Shown here: piece after piece, positions 51,797 through 64,000 of the stretch | Position numbering within the stretch: position 1 is the first letter of the stretch | Layout of the letters: the number at the start of each line of letters is the position of its first letter | Assembly: GCF_963921235.1 (NCBI RefSeq) | Contig: NC_086097.1 | Coordinates: forward strand, 202,556,001 to 202,620,000 | Origin: Mobula hypostoma | Taxonomy: Eukaryota | Reading direction: 5' to 3' | DNA: 64,000 nucleotides | Translations under genes and position numbers: made by a program | Notes under the pieces: model-generated | Database searches by the model: none | Seen by the model: only the letters and a program-made list of their open reading frames with translations | Told to the model about the DNA's origin: nothing

Positions 51797-52322
51797 GAAG
51801 TCGAAATCTGAATCTTCAGCCATGTATTTATTTGCCACCTCATTCTATTCCTGTCCTCACTGTCTCGTGGCTCAGGCAGAAATCCCGAGATTACTACCCT
51901 TGAGGTCCTGCTTCTTGGCTTCCTTCCGAACTCCCTGTATTCTTTTTTTTTTCAGGATCTCCTTCCTTTTTCTACCTATGTTGTTGGTACCAACATGACT
52001 TCTGGCTGCTCACCCTCCCTTTTCAGGATATTGTGGATGCGTTCAGAAACATTTCAGGCCCTGGCACCTGTGAGGCAAACTACCATCCGTGTTTATTTTT
52101 TGCATCCACAGTCATTGGTAGTGATCCTTTAAAAGTCCCCTTCATCCCCACCAGTCAGCCAATCTTCTATCCATGCTAGTAATTTGCCCTGAACATTGTT
52201 TTGCACTTTTGTTTAGCAGCTTTGTGTGTGGCACTTTGCCAAAGACCTTCTGACAATCCAAGTAATGTCCACCTACTTTCCTTTGTCTGGTCTGTTTGAT
52301 ACCTGAATGAATTCTAACTGAT

Positions 52323-53524
52323 TCAGAATCAGAATCAGCTTTATTACCTCCGGCATGTGATGTGAAATTTGTTAACTTCGCAGCAGCAACTCATGCAATA
52401 CATAATCTTGCAGAGGAAAAAAAAATAAATAAACAAGTAAATCAATTGTATATATTGAATAGATTTTTTGAAAAACGTGCAAAAACATATACTGTGTCTA
52501 AAAAAAAAAGTGAGGTAGTGTCCAAAGATTCAATGTCCATTTAGGAATCGGATGGCAGAGGGGAAGAAGCTGTTCCTGAATCGCTGAGTGTGTGCCTTCA
52601 GGCTTCTGTATCTTCTACCTGATGGTAACAGTGAGAAAAGGGCATGCCCTGGGTGCTGGAGGTCCTTAATAATAGACGCTGCCTTTCTGAGACACCGCTC
52701 CCTAAGAATGTCCTGGGTACTTTGTAGGCTTGTACCCAAGATAGAGCTGGCTAGATTTACAACCTTCTGCAGCTTCTCTTGGTCCTGTGTAGTAGCCCCT
52801 CCATACCAGACAGTGATGCAGCCTGTTAGAATGCTCTCCACGGTATATCTATAGAAGTTTTTGAGTGTATTTGTTGACATACCAAATCTCTTCAAACTCC
52901 TAATAAAATATAGCTGCTGACATGCCTTCTTTATAACTTTTTCGATATGTTGGGACCAGGTTTGATCCTCAGAGATCTTGACACCCAGGAACTTGAAACT
53001 GCTCACTCTCTTCACTTTTGATCCCTCTGTGAGGATTGGTATGTGTTCCTTCATCTTACCCTTCCTGAAGTCCTCAATCAGCTCTTTCGTGTTACTGACG
53101 TTGAGTGCCAGGTTGTTGCCGCGGCACCATTCCACTAGTTGGCATATCTCACTCCTGTATGCCCTCTCGTCACCACCTGAGATTCTACTAACAATGGTTG
53201 TATCGTCAGCAAATTTATAGATGATATTTGAGCTGTGCCTAGCCACACAGTCATGGGTATATAGAGAATCGAGCAGTGGGCTAAGCACACCCTCCTGAGG
53301 TGCGCCAGTGTTGATCATCAGTGAGGAGGAGATGTTATCACCAATCCGCACAGATTGTGGTCTTCCAGTTAGGAAGTCGAGGATCCAGTTGCAGAGGGAG
53401 GTACAGAAGGCCAGGTTCTGCAACTTCTCAATCAGGATTGTGGGAATGATGGTATTAAATGCTGAGCTACATGAACAGCATCCTGACATAGGTGTTTGTG
53501 TTGTCCAGGTGGTCTAAAGCCGTG
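52323..53524 (-). mobile_element. Young 5'-truncated Rex1/Babar-type LINE
   Basis: 319-aa open frame (52530-53489) with SSAFNTI, NTGAPQ, YTHDC, YKFADD and [12 protein letters not shown]; (tctgat)n tail. Inserted in a minus-strand CR1 fragment. Confidence 0.92.
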
Positions 53525-54184
53525 AAGCGATCTTCCCTTAACAAAACTACACTGATTTTTATCATATAGTTCCAAGTCTTCCTGAAATTTCATCCTTAAT
53601 AAACTCTGAAATCTTTCCTCCCTTAAACAGGGTGTTTCCAGTCACAGTTGCCAGTAAAAGCTGCTTCCTTTCTTCCAAGCAGTATTAATGAATGCAGTCT
53701 TTTGTTCGAGCTTCTTTCAGATTATAAACTGTGGCGAATATTTGGTTGTGCAGATGTGTTATTCAAAGTTCATATGGTGTGTATATTACCATATACTACC
53801 TTAAGATTCATTTTCTTTCAGGCATTTACAGCTTATTCTAAAATGCACAAACTGTTGTATACTCTGTACACTAAGATCTGATTCATTCTCAACTATAAAA
53901 CTTCACCTGAAGTCAGACTCCACCAGGGGTCAAGAATGCTTTGCCAAAAGCCCCATGTTCATCTTACAGAATTAACTGGTCAAACCACCTGTCACTTAAA
54001 TCTGGTGTGCTACAAATCCATTTTATTCCTATTAATAGAAATAGCCCAAACCTTTAGTTTTAAATTTTGAATAAGTTTGTTTGGGATTCCAGAGTTAAGG
54101 AGTTATATGAATATACCAGGCATTAATTCAATCAAGAGCTAGTCGTCTTCTACCCTTACAGATTCCTTTAAGGTAGGAAGATTA

Positions 54185-55135
54185 CTGCAGTCTTTTTACG
54201 AAGCTTCCATTTCGCTCATTCTCAAAAAGAATTAGAATCTTACTGAATGCTCTTCGTATAGACCTATCTCTTTACTCAATTTTGATACTAAAGTTTTATC
54301 TAAAGTGTTGGCTTGCAGACTTGAAAATATTATATCTTCTATAGTTTCGGATGAACAGACAGGATTTATTCAAAATCGATATTCCCATTTTAATGTTATG
54401 TTAAATGTTATGTACTCTCCTTCTAAGGAAATATCGGAATGTGTGATATCTTTGGATGCAGAGAAGGCTTTTGACAGAGTTGAATGGAACTATCTATTTA
54501 CATCCTTAGAAAAATTTAATTTTGGACCTAATTTTATTCATTGGATTAAATTACTTTATCTATCTCCCTCTGCTTGGGTTCTTACTAATTTTCAGAAATC
54601 TAAACCTTTTAAACTCCAACATAGAACCAGACAAGGTTGCCCTTTGAGCCCTCTGCTTTTTGGTTTAGTATTAGAACCCTTAGCAATTGCTTTTCGAGAG
54701 TCCAAGGAGATTACTGGTATTTTAAGGAGAGGTACTATGCATAAAGTGTTGCTCTACGCTGATGACTTAACGCTTTTTATATCTGATGTTACAACCTCCT
54801 TACCATTTGTGTTCCATTTACTAATTTTAGTCAGTTGTTAGGATATAAATTAAATCTACAGAAGAGTGAACTGTTTCCTTTAAACAATTTAATACCAACT
54901 GATATTAACCTTCCTTTTAAAATTTTAAGAAAACAATTTGCGTATTTAGGAGTAACAATTACAAAGATTTATTTAAGGAAATTTCTTTTAAGTTTATATT
55001 TTAAAAAAGCACTTTCTAATTGGTCGCTTCTCTCTTTATCACTGATTGGCTGAATCAATTCTATTAAAATGAGTATCTTACCTAAATTTATATACCTTTT
55101 TCAAGCTGTGCCTGTTTTTATTCCTAAATCTTAGG
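54185..55135 (+). mobile_element. L1-clade LINE RT fragment
   Basis: SYRPISLLN, QTGFIQNR, ISLDAEKAFDRVEW, TRQGCPLSPLLF, LYADD and GYKLNLQKS motifs. Confidence 0.88.
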
Positions 55136-56569
55136 ATTCTTAAGATCTTAATACGAATTTTAAGATTTTAATTTTATTTACTTGTATCCTTATTTTGTAT
55201 TTGTATTCATGCAATTTTCTAATATCATAAAAAATAATGAAAAATAAAGAGCTGGTCTTCAGTTCATGTAAACTGTAATCAATGCTCTTTACAGAGTATA
55301 GGTAACTGCTCATGAAGTACAGTTTGTAAGCTGAAGTGACTGACATTTTCTCATATGCATCAGCCAAACATGAGGCAGTGGGTGTATGTTAATTGGCTTA
55401 TGTCAAACCAGGCAGCACTATCTTTATTATTTAGCATTACTGTGACAGAGAGCTTGGAAGCTTCCAGATAATACTTGACTATCACCTCGCACATTAATCA
55501 TATTTACTCTATCAGTAATTGGGATATTAGTGTACTCTGAAGAGTTCACCCTCACATTAATTTTGGGTGTCTGGGTTCTGTCCTCCAAAGCTTTTAGATT
55601 ATGCATATGAATTACTTCGTTCCAGCAAAAGCAATTGGACTTTCAGCTGTCTTGACAGTTTACAGCTTACTCCCATTGTAAACAAAAAATGAAGCTCAAT
55701 GAAACCATTTGTCAGACTCAAGATTTTGAAGGAAACAGTGTTGTCACCTGTTTTACCTTTGTTCTTAAGAGTTTTAAAACAAAGCAATGTACTTTGAGTT
55801 CAGGGGAACTACTGAGAGGGTCACCAAGAGAATGTCTGTTTGTTATGATGAATAAGGACCATTTATATCATCCAATTTCAAAGTCTCTCCAGTGACTCAA
55901 TTCAGTCATAACAGCAACCATATTACCAATATCAAATGAAAAACTTCTCAGTTGCCTAATTTATCAAGATAAAATCATGGATAAAATTCTATGTTCAGGA
56001 ACCTTTGTATATTGTACTGGTGTTACTCTTTCGCTAGCTGCTGGCATGTTTGAGAAATATTAAACTTCTAATACATATAAGTGAATATTTATTTCTCCCT
56101 ATCAGAACCAGATGATTATTTCCAGTAATCCTCTTGTATTCTCTTGTAGGATGAATATGCGATGTATCACTGATTGAAATTAGAAGATTAGCATACTTTT
56201 TTTTTGGGTGGGGGGGTACCTCAGTAATTGTATATCTTTCATTTGTCTCTATCTAAGAGTGGAAGCAATACTATGTGCATCTGGGACAATTTCCAATTTC
56301 TCTTTTTGTTGATCATTAATACAGCCTTCAGTGTAAGAATATAGTTGCTCTGATACATATTTTCTTGGTTATCCTAAAAAAAAAGGTAGTAATAATCCAT
56401 CTTTTCAGTTTTGGTGCAGGTTGACTTCCTAATTAAGATGTTTCTTCTGATTTGGTTAGTGGGCTTGTATATTTGATTGATTCCATAAACTATTGTCACA
56501 TTGCTTTGATGTAAAGATCCAAATCCAACAGAACACTGAAGGGATTGCAGCTAATCCTAGAAAAGGTAA

Positions 56570-58970
56570 AACCTTACGATTATAGGAGCAGAATTGGGCA
56601 ATTCAGCCCATTGAGTCTCCTCCGCCATTTCACCATGGCTGATTTATTATCCCTCTCAACCCATTTGCCTGCCTTCTCTCTATATCCTTACGAATCAAGA
56701 GCCTATCGACCTCCACTTTAAATATACCCAATGACTTGGCTGAATCTGGCTAAAAGAATTCCTCCTCTTCCTTGTTATAAAGGGATGTCCTTGTATTCTG
56801 AGGTTGTGCTTTCTGGCCCTAGACTTACCCACTATAACAAACATCCTCTGCATGAACATGCAGCCAACCATAAAAGGCCCCCTTTATTCTTACACTTTGC
56901 CTCTTGCCAGTTCACTAATCTTCTATCCATGCTAATGTATTTCCTGTAATACCATGGCTCTTATTTTGGCTAATGTGTGGCACCCTGTCAAAGGCCTTCT
57001 GAAAATCCAAGTAAACAACATCCACTGACTATATCCTGCTTGTTATTTCATCAAAGAATTCCAACAGATTTGTTAGACATGCGTTTCCCTTAAGGAAACC
57101 ATGCTGTCTTTGACCAATTTTTCATGTGCTTCCAAGTACCATGAAACTTCATCCATAATGATGGACTCCAATGGCTTCCCAATCACTGAAATCAGGTTAA
57201 GGAGTATATAATTTCTTTTCTTTTGCCTCTCTCCCTTAAAGAGTGGAGTGAAATTTGCAATTTTCCAGTCCTCTGGAAGCATTCCAGAATCTAGTGATTC
57301 TTGAAAGATCACTCTTGAAAGACCTCCACAATCTCTTCAGCTACCTCTTTTACAACCCTGCGGTGAAGTTCATCTGTTCCAGTTGGCTTATTTACCTTTA
57401 AGTCTTTCTGCTTCCCAAGCACCTTCTCCTATGTAATGGCAGCTACACACACTTCAGCCTCCTGACTCTCGAATTTCTGGGATACTGCTGGTGTCTTCCA
57501 TTGAAGACTGTAGCAAAATATTCATTGGGTTCATGTATCATTTCTTTGCACCCCATTACTACCCATCCAGTGTCACTCTTCAGCAGTCCGATATCCACTC
57601 TTGCCTCTTTTACTCTTCATGTATCTGAAAAAACTTTTGGTATCCTTTCCTTATCAGTTAGCTTATTTAATCATTTTTCCCCTTAATGCTTTCTTAGCTG
57701 CCTTCTGTTCATTTTAAAACTCTACCCAATCCTCTCACTTCCCATGGGTTTTTGCTCTATTATGTGCCCTCTTTTTTGCTTTATTTTATCGTTGACTTGC
57801 CTTCCACGGTTTGCTCATCCACCTTTAGGATATTACTACTACTTTGGGTTGAATCTATCCTGTACTTTTCAAATGGCTACCAAAAACTCCAGCCACTGCT
57901 GTTCTGCCACCAGTCCTGCTTGTGTCCCTTTCTAATCAACTTTGCCCAGCTCCTCGCTGTAATTCCTTTTATTCCATTATAATACTGATACATCTAACTT
58001 TATCTTCTCCCTCTCAAACTGCAGGGTGAATTCTATCATATTATGATCACAGCCTCCCAAGGGTCCTTTACTTTAAGTTCTCTAATCAAATCTAGTTCAT
58101 TATGCAACACCCAATCCAGAATTGCCTTTCCCCTAGTGGCCTCAACCACAAACGACCCTTAAAAAACCATCTTGTTGGCATTCTACAAATTCCTTCTCTT
58201 GGGATTGAGCACCAACCTGATTTTCCTTATCTACCTGCATATCGAAATCCCCAAGACTATTGTAACATTGTCCAATTTACATGCTTTTTTAAAAGAAATT
58301 CTCCTGTTGTAATTTGTACCTGACAACTGTTCGGAGGTCTGTATATAACTCCCATCAGGGTCTTTTTACCTTTGCAGATTTTTAACTGTACCCACAATGG
58401 TTCTACAGCTTCAAGTCCTCTCTCACATCTTTGTAAGGATTTGATTTCATTTCTTTACCAATAGTCACACCACCCACTCTGCCTACTTGCCTGTCATTTC
58501 AGTACAATGTGTTTTCTTGAATGTTAAACTCTCAACTATGATCTTCTTTTAGTTACAACTTAGTGAGGCCCATAACGTCACAATTGCCAATTTTTAGTTT
58601 GCTACAAGATCTTCCTTATTTTGTATACTGAGTGCATTCAAATATAACACCTTCAGTCCTGTATTCATCATCCTTTTCAATTTTGCCTCCATGTTACCAG
58701 AAGTTAAATTCTTGTCCCTTTCTAGACTGTCCTTTTATTTATTCTGGAGACTTTCGTAGCCTCTCCTGTACTCTTTCCCTTTTACTTTATCCTCAGTTTT
58801 CCAAACTGTTGAACCCACCCCACTACAATTTAGTTTAGACTCACTGCAGCCCATCCCACTGACAGCAATTTTGCCCTATCATCTTCCTGACAGTCTCACT
58901 ACACCCTGCATTGATTTGTATATCAACTGCCCCATTCTCTGCGCTATCACTCTAGTTCCCAACCCTGCCC
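56570..58970 (-). mobile_element. CR1 LINE, degenerate with internal deletions
   Basis: IFQESLDSGMLPEDWKIANFTPLFK motif; CR1 3' tail at about 56575. Confidence 0.85.
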
Positions 58971-59305
58971 ATGATCTTTGTAGTTTATACAGAAAGTATA
59001 AATTTTAAATGCATGGGGTTTGTTTGGTTGCAATATGCCCGACTGAACGACCAATATTTAAAATAATTGCAATATATAAATATCAAATGAGTAGCACGGT
59101 GAAAAAGTAACATCATGAAGGGAAGAGGCAGAGAACTCATCTAAAAATTTCCTTTAGTTGCAGGGTTGTACAATTTTGATGTAGTTCTGAGAATATTATT
59201 TTCTCTAGTCTCTGCCACAGACCAGAGAAATGTTAGAGGCAAAGTATTTATTTTTGCCTTTAGTCCAAGTGACCTTAAATAGCATCATGAACTTTTTTTT
59301 TCCAG

Positions 59306-59451
59306 GTGCAGCGTACTGCCAGTTCATGGATATGTTGTTCTCTGGTTGTATTAGTTTGAAAAAAGTAAAATTCCAAGCAAAATTGGAGCACGAGTATATT
59401 CACAACTTCAAACTTCTACAAGGTGCTTTTAAAAGAATGAATGTAGATAAA
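59306..59451 (+). CDS. MAPRE2: MAPRE2 coding exon 3 (CH domain)
   Basis: tttttccag|GT GCA... gives [49 protein letters not shown]. 146 nt, donor |gtaagt. Confidence 0.97.
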
Positions 59452-59994
59452 GTAAGTATTAATTTGAAATTGTATCAGTTATAATTAGTTTTTTTTATTG
59501 CTGTGGCAAATCTTGTATGGCATTGATCTGAGACACTGTTGCATTGGTGACATGTTGATCTAACTTAATTGATGGGGTGTCTACCTCCACTGAAAATATT
59601 TATAGAGTAGTTTATAATTGATTGTCAATTGAATTTAAAGTGAGGATACGAAGGTCCATGTCAAAGCCTCGGCAATCCCCTCACTTCTCTAAGTATGCTG
59701 ATATATATGCCTTCAGGGGCAATATTTATCTTATCTCCTTTTACCCTTTTTGTATATTGTAGAAACATTTTTTGTATTTTTTGCCAGCTAACACTCAAAG
59801 GATGTTCTTAAGTATATTTTTTCTTTTAAATCGATTCTTATTGTGGAATATAGCCCTAGTTCTTTGAATGCTCTTTCTTTTTTCTGGAAGCAAATGAAAT
59901 ATTTAGTGTAAATTGGACCTTCGGTTGTAAATATTCTTTTTCTACATTGCATACACACAGGCACATACATAAAATGTTTTTTTTTACCAGATGT

Positions 59995-60930
59995 CAGTGA
60001 TGAGTGGTGGTCTGCAGGGATCTGTTATGGAACCCCTGCTCTTTGATTTTTATAAATTAATTGAATGAGAACTGGAAAGGTAGGTTAGTAAGTTTGCAGA
60101 TGGCACAAAAATTGGTGGCGTTGTGGATAGTGTAGAAGGTTGTCATAGATATGATGCAGAGCTAGGCTGAGAGGAGGCAGATGGAGTTCAGTCTGGAAAA
60201 TTGTGGAGTGATTCACTTTGGAAGGTTGAATTTGAAGGCAGAAGTCAGATAATTCTTTCTTTCCAGTGTGGAAGAACAGAGTGACCTTGGAGTCCATATC
60301 CATAGATCCCTCAAAGTTGCGGCCAAGTTTTTGGGATGGTTAAGAAGGCATTGGTGTGTTGTCCTTCCTGAGTTGGGGAATTGAGTTCAAGAGCCGTGAG
60401 GTGCTGTCTTGTTGCAGCTCTATGGAACCCTGATTAGACCACACTTGGAATATTGTGTTCAGTTCTGGTCGCCTCATTATAGGAGCAATGCAGAAGTTTT
60501 AGTGAGCGTGCAGAGGAGATTTACCAGGATGCTGCCTGAATTAGAGAGCATGTCTTTTGAGGATTATCTCTTTGGCGCGAAGAAGGGTGAGAGGTATCTT
60601 GATAGAGGTATACAAGATGATAAAAGTCAAAATAGAGTGGACATCCAGGGACAATTTTTCCACAGGGCAGAAATGAAGGGGACGTACTTTTAAGGTTATT
60701 GGAGTAAGGTATAGGGGAGATGTCAGAGGTAGATTTTTTAAAAACATACAGAGTGGTAGATGCATGAAACACACTTCCAGAAATGATGGTAAAGGCAACT
60801 GCATTAAGGGACATTAAAGAGCATACAGGTGAAAGGAACATAGAGGGTTATGAAGAGTTAGATTGATGTTAGATTAGGGTGAAATGATTGGCACAACATT
60901 GTGGAGTGACAGGCCTATACTGTTCTGCCG
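59995..60930 (+). mobile_element. CR1 LINE 3' fragment
   Basis: LYGTLIRPHLEYCVQFWSPHY...VQRRFTRML motif. Confidence 0.85.
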
Positions 60931-61243
60931 TATGCAGGAGGAACAATAAATTTATCAGGCTTGATAATCCCATTGTGTAAGAGTTCCATGTGGCATCTCC
61001 CTAGATAAATTGCTTTAATTTTTAAAGTAAACTAGTTAGGAAAAAAATGCTTAATACAAGCTTATGTTCTACTGTCCCATTTGTGAAGTGATGGTGTTTT
61101 CTTTATTGTATAATTATATTATTCTAATTTTGAATATCCTCTGGAGGTGTGTTGTCAGGAACTATGACTTCGCCCATTTCTGAATCAGTTCACTTAGTTC
61201 TTGTGTCATTGAATAAAATTGTTCATTTATTTTTTTTTGTCAG

Positions 61244-61451
61244 GTTATTCCAGTAGAGCGATTGGTTAAAGGTCGCTTTCAGGACAACTTGGAATTTATC
61301 CAGTGGTTCAAGAAGTTCTTTGATGCAAACTATGATGGTAAAGAGTATGATCCAGTACTTGCTCGACAAGGTCAAGATGCTATTCCTCCACCCAATCCTG
61401 GTGAACAAATTTTTAATTTGCCAAAGAAAGCAGCAAGTTCACCAAGTGCAG
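61244..61451 (+). CDS. MAPRE2: MAPRE2 coding exon 4 (end of CH domain and linker)
   Basis: tttgtcag|GTT... gives [69 protein letters not shown]. 208 nt, donor G|gtaata. Confidence 0.97.
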
Positions 61452-62059
61452 GTAATAGTATTATTTTGTTTGTGTTCTGTCATTTCTAGACTTGCTGATA
61501 TTCTGTCAACTCTGCATATTTTGCCTTTCAGACAGTTAATTTATCATTTAACTTCAGTGTTTTTTTTAAATTTGGAGCCTTTTTGTTTGCAATCGTATTT
61601 GTTTTCTTTGGTTATGTCCCAAGTCTTCATAATTGGTACCTCCAGTTCATCAACCTTGTGATAACTCTGTTATATCATCCTCAAACAATGAATCTATTTC
61701 CACAGATGTACTGGATGCAATCTCTGTCTTTCTGCTGTCACAAGCATGTTCCTTTATTCTCCAGTTTCTTAACATCTGGATGAATCAAATTACCTGTAAT
61801 TCAGTATTCTTAAAACTGATGTAACTTGTTTGATTCTTAGCAAAAGTTAAAAATACCACCAGTACCATTCCATCAATTTTCTTGATATCCTCTTCATTGT
61901 GAGACAAGTAGCGAGTAAAATCTTTTTGATTGTGAGCCGCATTTCAAAGTTTCAGAAGAATTGAAGTCTCTGATATTCCGCTTTTGGCTTTTCTTGCTAT
62001 TCAACATCAGGATTGAAACAATCATCTGTGCCGTAACCACCTAAGAGGTTGATTGTTTA

Positions 62060-62690
62060 GACCATAAGATATAAGAGGAGAATTATGCCATTTGGCCCAT
62101 CGAGGCTGTTCCACCATTTCATAAGGGCTGATCCATTTCCCTCAGCCCAAATCTACTGTCTTCTCCCTGTATCTCCTCATGCCCTGACTAATCAAGAATC
62201 TATCAACCACTGTCATAAATGTACCCAATGACTTGCCCTCCACAGCTGCCTGAAGCAACGAATTCCACAGATTCTCCACTCCCTGCCTCAAGAAATTCCT
62301 CTTCATCTCCGTTCATAATGGGCATCCCTCTATTCTGAGGCTATGTCCTGTAGTCTTAAACTCCCCCAACATAGGAAACATCCTCTTCACATCCACTCTA
62401 TCGAGACCTTTCAACATTCGATAGGTTTCAATGAAATCCCTCATTCTTCTGAATTCTAGTGAGTACAGGCCCATAGCATCAAACACTCTTCATATGAAAA
62501 CTCTATCAATACCGGAATAATTTTCGTGAACCTCCTTTGAACCCTGTCCAATGTCAGCACATCCTTTCTTAGATAAGCAACTCATAACTGGTCACAATAC
62601 TCCAAGTGAGACCTTACCATTGCCTTATAAAGCCTGAACATTTTTTTCATGCTTTATGTTCTCCTCCCCCTGAAGTGAATGTTTGACTTA
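62060..62690 (-). mobile_element. CR1 LINE 3' end
   Basis: Starts with gaccataagatataagagg, the reverse-complement CR1 tail. Confidence 0.8.
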
Positions 62691-62694
62691 TTTT

Positions 62695-63890
62695 AAGTGT
62701 ATACTTGGATATTGTACACTTGGATTTCCAGAAGGCATTCGATAAGGTGCTGCATAAGAGATTTATAAATAAGATACAGATGCATGGAGTTGGAGGAAGT
62801 GGATTGGTTAACCAATAGAAGGCAGAGATTTGGTATAAATGGATGTTTCTCTGGTTGGCAGTCAGTGGTGAGTGGGGTGCCGCTGGGATTGGTGCTGGGC
62901 CCGCAGCTGTTTATCATTTACATTGATGATTTGCAAGTGGGGACTAAATGTAGCGTAGCAAAATTTGCTGATGACACTAAACTGAGTGGAAAAGCAAATT
63001 GTGCAGAGGATGTGGAGAGTCTGCAGGGCGATATAGATAAGTTAAGTGAGTGGGCCAAGGTCTGGCAGATGGAATACAATGTTGGTAAATGTGAGATCAT
63101 CCACTTTGGAAGGAATAATAGAAGAGCAGATTATTATTTAAATTGTGAAAGATTGCAGCATGCTGTTGTGCAGAGGGACTTGGGAGTGCTTGTTCATGAA
63201 TTGCAAAAAGTTGGCTTGCAGGTACAACAGGTTATTAAGAAGGCAAATGGAATGTTGGCCTTCATTGCTAGAGGGATTGAATTCAAGAGCAGGAAGGTCA
63301 TGCTGCAACTATACAGGGTACTGGTGAGGCCGCACCTAGAGTACTGTGTGCAGTTCTGGTCTCCATACTTGAAGGATATACTGGCTTTGGAGGCAGTGCA
63401 GAGGAGGTTCACCAGGTTGATTCCAGGGATGAAGGGGTTAACCTATGAGGAGAGTTTGAGTCGTCTGGGACTATACTCTCTGGAATTCAGTACAATGAGA
63501 GGGGATCTTATAGAAACATACAAAATTTTGAAAGGGATAGATAAGATAGAAGTAGCAAAGTTGTTTCCATTGGTAGGTGAGACTAGAACTAGGGGACATT
63601 GCCTCAAGATTCAAGGGAGAAGATTTAGGATGGAGATGAGGAGAAGCTGTTTTTCCCAGAGAGTAGTGAATCTGGAATTCTCTGCCCAGGGAGGCAGTTG
63701 AGTCTTCTTCTCTAAATATATTTAAGGTACAGGTAGGTAGATTTTTACATAGGGGAATTAAGGGTTATGGGGAAAGGGCAGGTAGATGGAGCTGAGTTTA
63801 CGGACAGATCAGTCATGATCTTATTGAATGGCCGGGTAAGCTCGATGGGCCGGATGGCCTACTCCTGCTCCTATTTCTTATGTTCTTGTG
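62695..63890 (+). mobile_element. Young 5'-truncated CR1 LINE
   Basis: YLDFQKAFDKV, then a 305-aa frame with SGVPLG, AKFADDTKL, RPHLEYCVQFWSP; tail ctgctcctatttcttatgttctt. Confidence 0.92.
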
Positions 63891-64000
63891 TTTATTATGT
63901 GCCTCCCAGTACCCAAAAGTCACATCCTTAACAATCGACTCCAACATCTTCTCAACTACTGAGGTCAGCCTAAACAGTCTATGATTTCCTTTTTACTGCC

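Noticed and set aside
33507..61451. Assignment to MAPRE1 or MAPRE3
   Set aside because: The upstream MPGPTQ...RGERSYSWG extension, KGRFQD and [20 protein letters not shown] are EB2 features.

Overview
Eukaryotic, repeat-dense vertebrate genomic DNA. The repeat mix (CR1, Rex1/Babar, Penelope-like elements, V-SINE) suggests a cartilaginous fish such as a ray; this is inference. The window holds the 5' part of MAPRE2 (EB2, microtubule end-binding protein) on the + strand: coding exons at 18284-18405, 33507-33634, 59306-59451 and 61244-61451, all GT-AG and phase-compatible, with the gene continuing past the window end. There is a CpG-rich proximal promoter near 18.0-18.3 kb and a second CpG-rich, possibly bidirectional promoter at about 0.9-1.9 kb. 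Most other sequence is transposon-derived: a full-length but dead IR/DR Tc1, a Tigger/pogo deletion derivative, two hAT elements, many CR1 and Rex1 fragments, an L1 fragment, and Penelope-like (RT + GIY-YIG) elements. The most notable hidden signal is a minimal hammerhead ribozyme motif in the Penelope 3' repeats, present in several copies. One copy is in a very young element nested inside an older copy of its own family. Another is in a TSD-flanked insertion whose 5' inversion ends at the predicted cleavage site. Repeat boundaries were read by eye and are approximate unless a TSD or TIR is quoted.
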